A DNA stretch of 64,000 bases from contig JAKAQO010000001.1 in the NCBI GenBank assembly GCA_021822495.1, positions 264,808 to 328,807 of the forward strand, read 5' to 3'. Below are positions 39,636 through 49,370 of this stretch, in pieces. The stretch's first letter is position 1, and each line of letters begins with the position of its first letter. This stretch comes from a bacterium. GTDB taxonomy: Bacteria > Elusimicrobiota > Elusimicrobia > UBA1565 > UBA9628. The translations under genes and the position numbers were made by a program. The notes beneath the pieces are model-generated. The model saw nothing but the letters and a program-made list of their open reading frames with translations. It had not been told where the DNA came from and did not search any database.

Positions 39636-40673
39636 CTATGCCGCCACGGTCCACGTCTCGGACCCTTTAAGCAACTTTTCTAAATCTACGGAAGACGATT
39701 TTTTCGCCTCGGAAATTTGGCCCTCCATCATCTCATGAAGAACAGGCCGAGAAACATTGCGAAACACTCCTTGGGGAACCGGGAAATTCGGCCGTTCCAT
39801 GTGAGACAACAGATAGGCCAAGGGAGCCGAGGTCTCATCATGGACCAAAATATCGGCGGGTATTTTGCCCGGCTCAAATTCGACCACCTCCAGATTCCAA
39901 TTCTTAAGCCGAATGCCTTTGTTTTTGTTTTTTCCAAACACCAAGGGCTTCCCGTGCTCTAAAACCAAATTCGTCTCGCTTTGAAGACTTTTATCCGAGA
40001 CTTCCGCCCACGCCCCGTCATTAAAGACGATGCAGTTCTGGAGAATCTCAATTAAGGCGGAACCCTTATGCTTGGCGGCCTTATCTAAAACCAAAGACAA
40101 GGCATTAAGATCCGTATCCACGGCCCGCGCCACAAACGTGGCTTCAGAGGCAAGGGCGACCGCAATCGGGTTCAGCGGATAATCAATCGAACCGTAAGGA
40201 GTTGATTTCGTCTTTTTCCCAATTTCAGAAGTCGGAGACAATTGCCCCTTGGTCAAGCCGTAAATGCGGTTGTTAAACAGGAGAATTTTAATATCGGCGT
40301 TGCGTCTTAGGGCATGAATGAGATGGTTTCCCCCAATCGAAAGTCCGTCGCCATCGCCGGTGACGACCCAAACCATAAGGTCAGGCCGAGCGCATTTAAG
40401 CCCGGTCGCCAAGGTTGGCGCGCGTCCGTGTATTGAATGAAATCCATAGGTGTTCATGTAATAAGGAAACCGGGACGAACACCCAATTCCCGAAACAAAG
40501 ACGATTTTCTCGCGCGGAATGCCCAAGCTTGGCATGAGTTTTTGAACCGTGGCCAAAATAGCGAAGTCTCCGCAGCCGGGACACCAACGCACCATCTGAT
40601 CGGAAACAAAGTCCTTGCGGGATAAAACCGGTCCCGAAGCCGGAAGATTTTCAATTTCCTTTTCGTTTTCCAT
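39636..40673 (-). CDS. korB: 2-oxoacid:ferredoxin oxidoreductase beta subunit
   Basis: WCPGCGD, SGIGCSSR, GDGD, NNRIYGLTKGQ; adjacent to sucCD. Confidence 0.9.
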   Translation of the reverse strand: MENEKEIENLPASGPVLSRKDFVSDQMVRWCPGCGDFAILATVQKLMPSLGIPREKIVFVSGIGCSSRFPYYMNTYGFHSIHGRAPTLATGLKCARPDLMVWVVTGDGDGLSIGGNHLIHALRRNADIKILLFNNRIYGLTKGQLSPTSEIGKKTKSTPYGSIDYPLNPIAVALASEATFVARAVDTDLNALSLVLDKAAKHKGSALIEILQNCIVFNDGAWAEVSDKSLQSETNLVLEHGKPLVFGKNKNKGIRLKNWNLEVVEFEPGKIPADILVHDETSAPLAYLLSHMERPNFPVPQGVFRNVSRPVLHEMMEGQISEAKKSSSVDLEKLLKGSETWTVAA

Positions 40674-42542
40674 TTATGATCCCCTTAAAACGCTCTCGAC
40701 AAAGTTTTCGATTTCCGCGATTTTAAACGGTTGCCCTTTAACCTTATTCAACCCAATCGCCGGAATAGCGAATTTAGCGCGAATGACCTTGAGAAGTTGC
40801 CCCAAATTCATCTCCGCGACTACAATTTTTTCAAAACCCGCCAGCAAATCTCCCAAATCAGAGGGAAGCGGATTTAGATAGCGTAAATGAATCGCCGACA
40901 CCGGTTCTTTTCTCGCCTGTAAATTCTTAACGGCCGCGGAAATAGCGCCGTAAGTGCTTCCCCATCCAATGACCAGAACTTTTCCCTTAGGGGAACCGAG
41001 AACCTGGGTCGGAGGAATTTCCTGGCTGATTTTATTTACCTTGGCCGCCCGCAAACGAACCATCTTCTCGTGGTTCTCCGGATCATAACTGACATTGCCG
41101 GTCACTTCTTGTTTTTCAATTCCCCCGATTCGATGCTCATAACCCGCAAGGCCTGGAGCGGCCCAAGGGCGAGCCAAGGTTTTCTCATCTCTGAGATAAG
41201 GTTTAAATTGGTCCTTGGCCGGAAGAGACGCCATCACGAATTTTTTGATATCGGAGACGCTCGGGATTTTCCACGGCTCGGAACCGTTGGCAAGATATCC
41301 ATCCGTTAAAAGAAAGACGGGGGTCATATATTTAATGGCGATGCGACAAGCCTCTATGGTCGCGTCAAAACAGTCCGAGGGGGTTGAAGCCGCAATGACC
41401 GGGACCGGGCTTTCGCCGTTTCGGCCGTAAAGGCACTGCAAAAGATCCGCCTGTTCGGTCTTGGTTGGAAGGCCGGTCGAGGGACCGCCGCGCTGAACGT
41501 CTAAAATCACAACCGGAAGTTCCGTCATGACCGCCAGCCCAATCGCCTCGGATTTAAGAGCGACTCCCGGGCCGCTGGTTCCCGTCACCGCCAAGCGCCC
41601 ACCGAAGGACGCGCCAATGGCGGAGCCGATAGCGGCAATCTCATCTTCCGCCTGAAAGGTTTTAACTCCAAAAGCCTTGTGCTTGGAAAGTTCATGTAGA
41701 ACGTCGGAAGCCGGGGTAATCGGATAAGAACCGTACCACAATTCCAATCCCGAAGCCTGGGATGCCGCGATAAAACCCAAGGCCGTCGCCTCATTTCCAG
41801 TAATGTTGCGATAAAGCCCCGGAGCCAAGGACGCTTTTCTCACTCGGTAGTGGAACCCAAATATCTCGGCTGTCTCGGCATAGGAGTTTCCAGCGAGAAG
41901 GGCTTTTTTATTCGCTTCCACTAATAAAGGAACCTTTTTAAATTTAGATTCAATCCACTTTAGCGTCCCTTCCATCGGGCGATCGTAAAGCCAATACATC
42001 ATTCCCAGGGCAAAAAAGTTTTTGCAGCGCTCCACCTGAACCTTGGTTAAGGCCAGACCGCTTAAGGCGTTTCCGGTCATCCTGGATAAGTCAACCTTAA
42101 TTACGCGAAAATCCGATAAGGAACCGTCTTCAAGAGGGTTTTTCTCGTAGCTAACCTTCGTTAAATTCTGCGCGGTAAAGGAATCCACGTTCGCAATCAA
42201 AATTCCGCCCTTTTTCAGATCTTTGACGTTCGCTTTCAAAGCGGCCGGGTTCATCGCCACCAAAACGTCGGGGGCATCCCCGGGGGTCAACACTTCTCTG
42301 GAACTAAAATGAATCTGATATCCCGAAACGCCCGGGAGCGTTCCAACAGGAGCGCGAATTTCCGCGGGATAATCCGGCAAGGTCGATAAATCGTTTCCCG
42401 CGAGAGCGGTTGAGGTCGTAAATTGCATACCCGTCAATTGAATTCCATCCCCTGAATCGCCCGCAAAGCGAATCGTCACCGATTCGAGTTCCTCCACGGG
42501 GCTGGTCTGGGTTTGGGGCGCGTCTTTAGATTGAATGGTCAT
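40674..42542 (-). CDS. korA: 2-oxoacid:ferredoxin oxidoreductase alpha subunit
   Basis: AGDSGDG, YPITPAS, QAEDEIAA, QRGGPSTGLPTK, EMNLGQL. Confidence 0.9.
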   Translation of the reverse strand: MTIQSKDAPQTQTSPVEELESVTIRFAGDSGDGIQLTGMQFTTSTALAGNDLSTLPDYPAEIRAPVGTLPGVSGYQIHFSSREVLTPGDAPDVLVAMNPAALKANVKDLKKGGILIANVDSFTAQNLTKVSYEKNPLEDGSLSDFRVIKVDLSRMTGNALSGLALTKVQVERCKNFFALGMMYWLYDRPMEGTLKWIESKFKKVPLLVEANKKALLAGNSYAETAEIFGFHYRVRKASLAPGLYRNITGNEATALGFIAASQASGLELWYGSYPITPASDVLHELSKHKAFGVKTFQAEDEIAAIGSAIGASFGGRLAVTGTSGPGVALKSEAIGLAVMTELPVVILDVQRGGPSTGLPTKTEQADLLQCLYGRNGESPVPVIAASTPSDCFDATIEACRIAIKYMTPVFLLTDGYLANGSEPWKIPSVSDIKKFVMASLPAKDQFKPYLRDEKTLARPWAAPGLAGYEHRIGGIEKQEVTGNVSYDPENHEKMVRLRAAKVNKISQEIPPTQVLGSPKGKVLVIGWGSTYGAISAAVKNLQARKEPVSAIHLRYLNPLPSDLGDLLAGFEKIVVAEMNLGQLLKVIRAKFAIPAIGLNKVKGQPFKIAEIENFVESVLRGS

Positions 42543-42615
42543 TGAAATTCACCTATCTTTATAAATGTCAGTCTTTATCCATACTATAACTCTTTTTCCC
42601 GCCACTTTGAAATAT

Positions 42616-42688
42616 TAGGTCCTTTGCCGGAGTCCGTCTGGGCCTTTAGGCCCATACACAAAGGCCCCGGGAATGTTACAACAACTTT
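42616..42688 (+). promoter_or_regulatory. Double GGCC box plus extended -10, leaderless-type promoter
   Basis: TAGGTCCTTTGCCGG at 42616, TGGGCCTTTAGGCCC at 42639, TG-T-TACAAC with hexamer at 42677, ATG 42689. Confidence 0.65.
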
Positions 42689-44320
42689 ATGAACCCACAA
42701 AAACCCCAATCCCTGAAAAATAGAACAATCTTCTTGCTCGGTTCGTTCTTCCTCTCATTTGGACTAATCGCCGGGAAAGCTCAAGGCGAAGCCATTCGCT
42801 CCCCGGAGTCTGTTCCTCAAGAGATTCCGGCTATTTCCATTGAATCTCCCGTAAATCTTAATTTTTCAAACCCGCTGGAAACTTCTCTTAATCCCGATAC
42901 CCCTCTTGACCCCTCTCTAAACTTAATAAGGAAAGATTTGATTGCGCCCCAAATCGAAGAGAAAGCGCCTACTCAAAAGCCTTTGGTCAAGAAATTTCCT
43001 AAGACTATCAAGGATTCCGCGAAGAAGATTTCTCACCAAACAAAGAAGATTTTTGGCGCCGCCTCTCTCCGCTTTTCGCCCAACCAAGACTCAAAACAGC
43101 CGGAAGACCTCTCCGCTTCTCCTTTATTTGACGGGGGTGTTGCCCGCCACGACCAAGAAGCGCGATTGCCTAAGGCCGCTGAAGAGAAATCGTCTTTTAT
43201 CATCAACGACGACGGCGTTCGGATTTCTGGAAAAGCGGCGGAATATTACCGGGAAGTGCATCGCCTCGTTGATCAATACCAAGGGAAAATGGATCTCAGC
43301 GAAAGTTTGGGGGTCATGGACGATTCCTATGCGGACGTTTGGGCCAAAATTAAGATTATCAACCATGTGGCGCCTCAAGAACCTCTGGAAAACATCAATG
43401 AACACATGGATGAAACTTTAACCTGGGTTGACGCTCTGACCCGCATCAATGGACAGAGAACCGCGATCTACACCCACCGGGTTTTTTTCCATCCCTCGCC
43501 CAACCCAAAATCGGAAATCGAAGAAGGAATCCGCCGCGTATCCGGTTACTTAAAGGAAGTCGAAACGGAATTTAAAAAAGGCGGAACGGCGGAACGGCAA
43601 TTGGGCCCCATCGATCGGGTCGTTTTGGGTTTTGACACGCGCGGATACCAAGAAATCAAGAATTTCTTAAAGTCACAGGAAGAGAGCCTCAACAAATCTT
43701 ACGGAAACCGTTTCCGCTTTGTTTATTTGGACGACATCGCCTCAATTCCACAAAACGCGGAAGAGATGCGCAAAGCCTTGAATGAATTGACCGCCCATTA
43801 TGACAAGGATTCACTGCAAAAAATTTCAGAAGGAGTCATCTATAGCCGCTACACCGGGCTTCTTTTGGAGCTTAAGACGCTCGAACACTACTACAAAGAA
43901 AATTACCAAATACTCCAAAGCGGGCACGAACTCTTTGATCCCGAAGGCCGTTATATCACGGAAATTGACGCTCTCGTTAAAAGCCCGGAAGGAACAACCT
44001 ATCTCGTGGAGGCCAAATCCTCTCGCGTTCTTCTAACCAAGGAACGCGTTCTGGAAGGAAAAGTTCTTTACAAACTCGAAACCTACAAAAAAAATCAAGC
44101 TCTCATTGAAAAAGAAACCGGAGCGCCTCTCAATGTCGTCTTCGCGATGGACCTCGGAATCTCTCAAGACGGAGGAAGAAGCCACGGCAAACAAGCCGAA
44201 AGAATCCGCCGACAAAAAGAGTTGATGGAGTTTCTTAAACAGCAGGCCCCCGTTTTAAGCCGCCGCTACGGCTTTCCCGTCTCATTCCTTTTCATTGACG
44301 GCGGCCCCAGCGCTCGCTAA
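42689..44320 (+). CDS. Secreted protein with C-terminal PD-(D/E)XK nuclease-like domain
   Basis: Signal-like N-terminus, low-complexity linker ending LFDG, GLLLE...EIDALVKSPEGTTYLVEAKS. Confidence 0.7.
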   Translation: MNPQKPQSLKNRTIFLLGSFFLSFGLIAGKAQGEAIRSPESVPQEIPAISIESPVNLNFSNPLETSLNPDTPLDPSLNLIRKDLIAPQIEEKAPTQKPLVKKFPKTIKDSAKKISHQTKKIFGAASLRFSPNQDSKQPEDLSASPLFDGGVARHDQEARLPKAAEEKSSFIINDDGVRISGKAAEYYREVHRLVDQYQGKMDLSESLGVMDDSYADVWAKIKIINHVAPQEPLENINEHMDETLTWVDALTRINGQRTAIYTHRVFFHPSPNPKSEIEEGIRRVSGYLKEVETEFKKGGTAERQLGPIDRVVLGFDTRGYQEIKNFLKSQEESLNKSYGNRFRFVYLDDIASIPQNAEEMRKALNELTAHYDKDSLQKISEGVIYSRYTGLLLELKTLEHYYKENYQILQSGHELFDPEGRYITEIDALVKSPEGTTYLVEAKSSRVLLTKERVLEGKVLYKLETYKKNQALIEKETGAPLNVVFAMDLGISQDGGRSHGKQAERIRRQKELMEFLKQQAPVLSRRYGFPVSFLFIDGGPSAR

Positions 44321-46584
44321 TTTTTTGATGGGGAAGACGCTGGAACTTTTTTCTTAATCTTTTTCTTGACGGCTTTGCGTTTTTTCCAATTCTTATTCTT
44401 TGAACGTTTTTTCCCGCGGAGAGGTTTTTTCTCCGGAATTTGAACGCGTTTCTTAATGGAAGGAGAACCATAAGCTCTCTGAATCTGGTAATGGGGGAAA
44501 TATTGGGCGAGAATCGCGCGCCAATCTCGGCCCAGACTCGCTTGGCCCAAGGCTCCGTTTTTGCAAAGCCCAAGACCGCTCCCAGTTCCCGCTCCCCACA
44601 GAATAAAAAATTGGACAAATCTTCCGTCCTTGACGGGGGTTACTGTGAAAAGACTCGAACGCAATGAATGAGGAGACAACGCTTTTTGAATTTGAGAAAA
44701 TCCCTCGGCCGTCCACCTTCCCTTGGCTCCGATCACGGTCATCTGCAAAACCCGGCCGGTTTTCGAGCGACGATCAATTCGAATGCGCTTAATTTTTCCA
44801 ATATCCTCAAAGGCTTGAATTCTTTGCCGGATGAAATCCGCTGGAATAATTCTCACCCAACGGGAAAAAGTTTGTTTGACCGCCGCGGCATTTGAAAAGA
44901 GACTGTCGGGCGGAAAACCGTGAATCCAACGTTCCAAATCTGCCGGAGAAGCGGGGGCAATGAGCGCAGTCGGCGCATCCGCGACCGAAGTCAAGTGTTT
45001 AAGCGTCGGATCCGGATAATCAGAGCCGTCTTCGGTAAACCCTCCGCAATCCTCGTTCCACTCAACCTTGGCTACGCGCCCGTTGTAAGACAAGACCTCC
45101 CCCAATGTTTCCTGAACGCCCTTGGTCGCCCGGCTCATTTCAGAAGTGACCCCGCGATAACTCTGACAAGTGGAAGAGTCGCAGATATCGGTTTTCTCCA
45201 AATTAGGCCGCCCTAAACTTTTATACCACAAGGCCGTCGTGCGAGCGACCACCGCTTCAGCCTCCTGGGCCGCCATCGGGCTTTGCCCGCCCATAGCGCG
45301 GCCGACCACTCCATAGAGATAATCCTCAACCCCGGTTTCATTGACCAACTTAAACCCGCGGGGATTGGGAAAGACTTCAACCATACCGCGTAATTCACGG
45401 TCCCCGGAATCAAATCCGATCGTATTTGAGAAATGAGCGCTTTTGAGAAGAATCGAACCCAAAGAACCGGAAGAAGGAATAATTTTAAACGGTTCCTTAC
45501 TTGTATATTCGATATTGTCCTCGGTATCGCGAACCTCGATGAGCCCGTTTTCTGATTCAAAAGAAATCTGCCATTGATTATAGGGCGCAATATTATCGCG
45601 AATGACTTCGCCGTTGTGGGACACGATTTTAAACGAACGGTTGGTCATAAAATAGACTCTCGTCATGGTATGCGGCCGCCCTTTTTCTCCGCAAAAAAGC
45701 GCGACTCGAATGGTGGGGCTGGAAACATCTTCTTCCGTTGAAACATCCCCCGACAAAAAAGGACGGGATATCCGCCTTTCCGGAAGAATTTGGCTTGGCG
45801 GCTCCGCCAGATATTTCTGTATGGACTTGAGAATTTTAGCGAAAAAGACATTTCCTGGGTCCAAAGCCGAAAGATGATGATAAAGAATCCAAGCGTCTTT
45901 GTTTTCCCCAATTTTAAATTCCAGCCGGGCCAAATCAACCATGGCTTCAAAATTAAAAAGGTCCAGGCTCACGCTTTGATTAAAGGCGGCTAATGCCGCT
46001 TCCGGGTTTCCTAGGCGCAATTCCGTCCCCCCGGTCTTGTCATAAGCGACCGATAGAGTATACGGACTTTTAGTCAGACAAAGTCCGAAAGGCTTCACGG
46101 CCAACTTTGGGTGTCCATCCAAATTTTCCGCAACCCCCATTCCCAAATAGGCCTCCGCCTGTTGGGCCGAATTTAAGGAATATTTCAGCGCTTGAGAAAA
46201 AGCCGCCTTCGCTTCCCGATAATTTCCCGCGGAGAGATACCCCCAGCCTTCCTGATTGAAAACAAACCCATCCGCGTCGGAGTTTAAAGAAGCTCTCAGC
46301 CAATGGGCCAAAGCCTCATCATTACGGCCCAAATCCCGGTCTAAAATCGCCAGATTCTCATCCGGGCGATCAACACCGGAACCCATCACTTCCAAATAAC
46401 GGTAAGAATTTTTAGCGTCTTTAAAGCGACCTTCAAGAAACGCTTGATAGCCTTCCTTGCGGACGCCTTCAACTTCCGAGTCAATGCGGGTTTGGACGGT
46501 TTGGGTGGACGCGCTCGGAGTTTTTGCCAAGACGGAGGAATGCGCGAATAATAACGCCGCCCACAAAAACCAAGATCGGCTCAT
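44317..46584 (-). CDS. TPR plus SpoIID/LytB domain exported protein
   Basis: TPR-like helices; EDYLYGVV, AVVART, ICDSSTCQSY, GAGTGSGLGLC, ILAQYFP; Lys-rich tail. Confidence 0.85.
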   Translation of the reverse strand: MSRSWFLWAALLFAHSSVLAKTPSASTQTVQTRIDSEVEGVRKEGYQAFLEGRFKDAKNSYRYLEVMGSGVDRPDENLAILDRDLGRNDEALAHWLRASLNSDADGFVFNQEGWGYLSAGNYREAKAAFSQALKYSLNSAQQAEAYLGMGVAENLDGHPKLAVKPFGLCLTKSPYTLSVAYDKTGGTELRLGNPEAALAAFNQSVSLDLFNFEAMVDLARLEFKIGENKDAWILYHHLSALDPGNVFFAKILKSIQKYLAEPPSQILPERRISRPFLSGDVSTEEDVSSPTIRVALFCGEKGRPHTMTRVYFMTNRSFKIVSHNGEVIRDNIAPYNQWQISFESENGLIEVRDTEDNIEYTSKEPFKIIPSSGSLGSILLKSAHFSNTIGFDSGDRELRGMVEVFPNPRGFKLVNETGVEDYLYGVVGRAMGGQSPMAAQEAEAVVARTTALWYKSLGRPNLEKTDICDSSTCQSYRGVTSEMSRATKGVQETLGEVLSYNGRVAKVEWNEDCGGFTEDGSDYPDPTLKHLTSVADAPTALIAPASPADLERWIHGFPPDSLFSNAAAVKQTFSRWVRIIPADFIRQRIQAFEDIGKIKRIRIDRRSKTGRVLQMTVIGAKGRWTAEGFSQIQKALSPHSLRSSLFTVTPVKDGRFVQFFILWGAGTGSGLGLCKNGALGQASLGRDWRAILAQYFPHYQIQRAYGSPSIKKRVQIPEKKPLRGKKRSKNKNWKKRKAVKKKIKKKVPASSPSKN

Positions 46585-46588
46585 CGGT

Positions 46589-47080
46589 CTAGGGACTGCT
46601 GATCCTCAGCACGATTCGATTCGCGATATTGGGCAGGGATTGCGCGCGCTGAACCATCTCTTGAATGTCTTGAACCAGATACCAGGCTTCGATTTTATAC
46701 TCCGCTTCCCGCATATGTTGGTGGGCAAGCAAGGCCTTATCATGCAAGGCCTTGACATCCCGGTTAAGCCGTTCACAAACTCTCATCAAAGACTGCGCGG
46801 CCTTGACCGAAGATTCATCGTAGACGGCGACGCGCTCAATCGCTCCCACCTGATTGGGCACGGCAGCGACATCAAAGCCAAAACGCCTTATTTCCTGGCG
46901 GAAATGCTGAAGGTCGGAACCAAACATCATATCGGGATTTTTATGACCATTTTTGACGCTCGCGGAAATTCTCTGGGCGCGGAAAAGAAGTTCTTCTAAG
47001 CGCGCGCTTTGGACGGAAACGCGATCGCAAAGAATGCCCAGGCTCCCTTCCACCTGCCGCAAAGCGCGATCTGTTTCCAT
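46589..47080 (-). CDS. Hypothetical helical protein
   Basis: Co-directional, tightly packed, SD GAGG. Confidence 0.7.
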   Translation of the reverse strand: METDRALRQVEGSLGILCDRVSVQSARLEELLFRAQRISASVKNGHKNPDMMFGSDLQHFRQEIRRFGFDVAAVPNQVGAIERVAVYDESSVKAAQSLMRVCERLNRDVKALHDKALLAHQHMREAEYKIEAWYLVQDIQEMVQRAQSLPNIANRIVLRISSP

Positions 47081-47090
47081 GGGTTCAACC

Positions 47091-49193
47091 TCAAGGTTTA
47101 AGCAACTGATCCAACTCTTGATTCTGGTTTTGTCCAGATGTTGGCGCCGCTTGCGGCTGAGCCGCGGGAGAAGAGCTTGGAGCCGGCAACGGCGAGGAAT
47201 TTCCAGTCGCCGATTGCGGATTTGGAATTCCCGGCATGATGTCGCCTTTTTTCATTTTCTTAACTGGGGATTTTTTGGCAACAGATTTCTTTTTCGCAAC
47301 AACCTTCTTTTTTAAGGCAACCTTCTTTTTTCTGCGCGCAAGAATTTTCTTTTTGGCTAAAGGACGCTTTTTTGCTAATTTTCTCTTAACCAAAGGAACC
47401 TGGGATTTTCCGGACAACAAATCCAACGCCGCTTGATTTTGTCCAACCACTTTTTGAAGAGACAAATCCGCCTGAAACTCGTAGGATTTTTGCGTTCCGT
47501 TCATCGCGGGCGGAGTTTGATAATTGACCTGATAAAGATTATCTTTTATCTTCTCGGCGCTCCAAGGACTCAAATCTCCCAAGGGGCCGCTAGCCGTCGC
47601 CCCCAAGGCTTCGGAAATGGTTTTCCCACCCAAAGAGATCGGCCAATTTTGGACCAGTTTAATCGCGGAATCTTTAAAAGATTGGTCCTGATCTGGAGGA
47701 AGTGGGGCCGGGGTCGGAGACGAAGCAGACGCTTGAGCGGCTACGGGAGACTGATTGGGCATGGAAAGCGACGATGCCGCCGAAGAAGCAAGAGGCAAAC
47801 TCAGCGCAACGGATTTTGGTTTAGATAACTCTAAGCCCGGAATAAGGCCTAAAACGTAAGCCAGAGCGAACAAGACACCCCCTGCGAGCGCGAAAATTAA
47901 AACCCAGACTCCTTTCCTGCTTTTTTTCTGCGCTTTGACCGGGGCTTCTGTGGATTCAGAGGGAAACCCGCCAAGAGAAGAGCTATCTGGAGGTGCCGAA
48001 ACGGCCTGAACCCCCAAGGGAATTTCCGCCCCCGCTGAAGCGCCTGGATCAATCAAACTGTCTCCAAGACCCGGAGTCTGATTAGTCTCCATTGGCGCAA
48101 CCGGAGACGCAGCCAAATTTGGGTCCGGAATATTGCCTATGGGAAGGATGAAATCCGGAACGGCCTCGGCGCCCGGAATTTGGGAAGTGGATTCTCCCAT
48201 AGGCGCGATTTGAGGCATTTCCGGCATGGACGCAGGTGGCGCAAAAGGAGACGGAGGAAACCCCACGTTGCCGGCCGCAGACCCTTCTAGAGACGCGGAC
48301 TCCAACGGCTGTTCCAAAGGGGTTATCGCGGGAGCCAAAACAGAAGCGGTTGAGCTCAAAGCAAGATCAGCAAACGCCGGAGGGGGAACTGCCGAAACTG
48401 GAGCGGAAGCAAAAGATTCCTGCTTGAGCCTCAACTCCGCGATTTCATCTTTAAGCCCGCCGACCATGCCCCGCAATTCATCCAAAGAGGCGCTCAAGGG
48501 GGCAACCTGCGAAGCTCCCTCGACTTTTTCAGCCAACTCCTGAATTCTGGAGTTCAAATCAGAAATCTTGGCTTCTAACGGCTGAACGCCGTTTTGAGAT
48601 TGCGAAAGAGATTCAAGTTTTTGACTCAGTTCTTCAATCCAACGTTTTTGAGATCGAGTCGCCTCCTCAAGAGAAACTCCCTGGGCGCGGGAATCAACGG
48701 CAATCTTCTCAATACTGTCTTTCAAACCTCCAAAAGACGCGGATATATTTTCCAGGTTTTTAATCCTTTGATCCCACTCCTTGGCTTGCCCATTATCTCC
48801 ATCAAATTTCGTTCGGAACTCATCCAATTCCCTTTTCACGTCTTTGACCGACTCCTGCATCTGGCTTACATTTTGGCCCAGGGCACCCAACTTCTCATGA
48901 ACAGCGCCCAACAAACTGAGTTCCTTGATTAAAAGAGTGTCTCCACTGAATTCCGGGCTTGGGTCGGGCTGACTGGGCGCAAGCTGGCTAGGAACCGGCG
49001 ATTTGGGTTTAGACATGGCCTGTGAAATGGAGGACATCAAGCTCGCCCTTTGCCAATCTCCGGCATCGGTGCCTTGCCGCCCCTCGGGACAAACCAAGGC
49101 ATCTCCGGAAAAATCCGGCCGAGATACGAGTTCTTCTATAGAAAACGGACCCACGACTTGATTATTCTGAAAAATCCAATATCGCTCGCTCAT
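47091..49193 (-). CDS. GYF_2 (DUF4339)-like membrane protein with coiled coil and Pro-rich linker
   Basis: YWIFQNNQVVGPFSIEEL..LVCPEG..DWQ; coiled coil; one TM segment; Lys-rich tail. Confidence 0.75.
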   Translation of the reverse strand: MSERYWIFQNNQVVGPFSIEELVSRPDFSGDALVCPEGRQGTDAGDWQRASLMSSISQAMSKPKSPVPSQLAPSQPDPSPEFSGDTLLIKELSLLGAVHEKLGALGQNVSQMQESVKDVKRELDEFRTKFDGDNGQAKEWDQRIKNLENISASFGGLKDSIEKIAVDSRAQGVSLEEATRSQKRWIEELSQKLESLSQSQNGVQPLEAKISDLNSRIQELAEKVEGASQVAPLSASLDELRGMVGGLKDEIAELRLKQESFASAPVSAVPPPAFADLALSSTASVLAPAITPLEQPLESASLEGSAAGNVGFPPSPFAPPASMPEMPQIAPMGESTSQIPGAEAVPDFILPIGNIPDPNLAASPVAPMETNQTPGLGDSLIDPGASAGAEIPLGVQAVSAPPDSSSLGGFPSESTEAPVKAQKKSRKGVWVLIFALAGGVLFALAYVLGLIPGLELSKPKSVALSLPLASSAASSLSMPNQSPVAAQASASSPTPAPLPPDQDQSFKDSAIKLVQNWPISLGGKTISEALGATASGPLGDLSPWSAEKIKDNLYQVNYQTPPAMNGTQKSYEFQADLSLQKVVGQNQAALDLLSGKSQVPLVKRKLAKKRPLAKKKILARRKKKVALKKKVVAKKKSVAKKSPVKKMKKGDIMPGIPNPQSATGNSSPLPAPSSSPAAQPQAAPTSGQNQNQELDQLLKP

Positions 49194-49305
49194 AGGACCT
49201 CAAAGCCTCCCTTAAATTTTCGCGTCTCAAACAAAAGTATAACAACTCTTCCCCTGAAATCAATGACAAATTTGTTACGCCCGCCTATGCCTTTCCCTCA
49301 TAATC

Positions 49306-49331
49306 ATACGGGCGGCATTGTCCCAACCTTA
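49306..49331 (-). repeat. 26-bp REP-like repeat (second family)
   Basis: Minus strand TAAGGTTGGGACAATGCCGCCCGTAT. Confidence 0.55.
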
Positions 49332-49370
49332 TGGTTATTGAGGAACGGGACTATATTCTATACTTCTCTT

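Noticed and set aside
49050-49370. N-terminal extension of the second OppA ORF
   Set aside because: Overlaps the divergent gene and promoter; the signal peptide starts at ATG 49371
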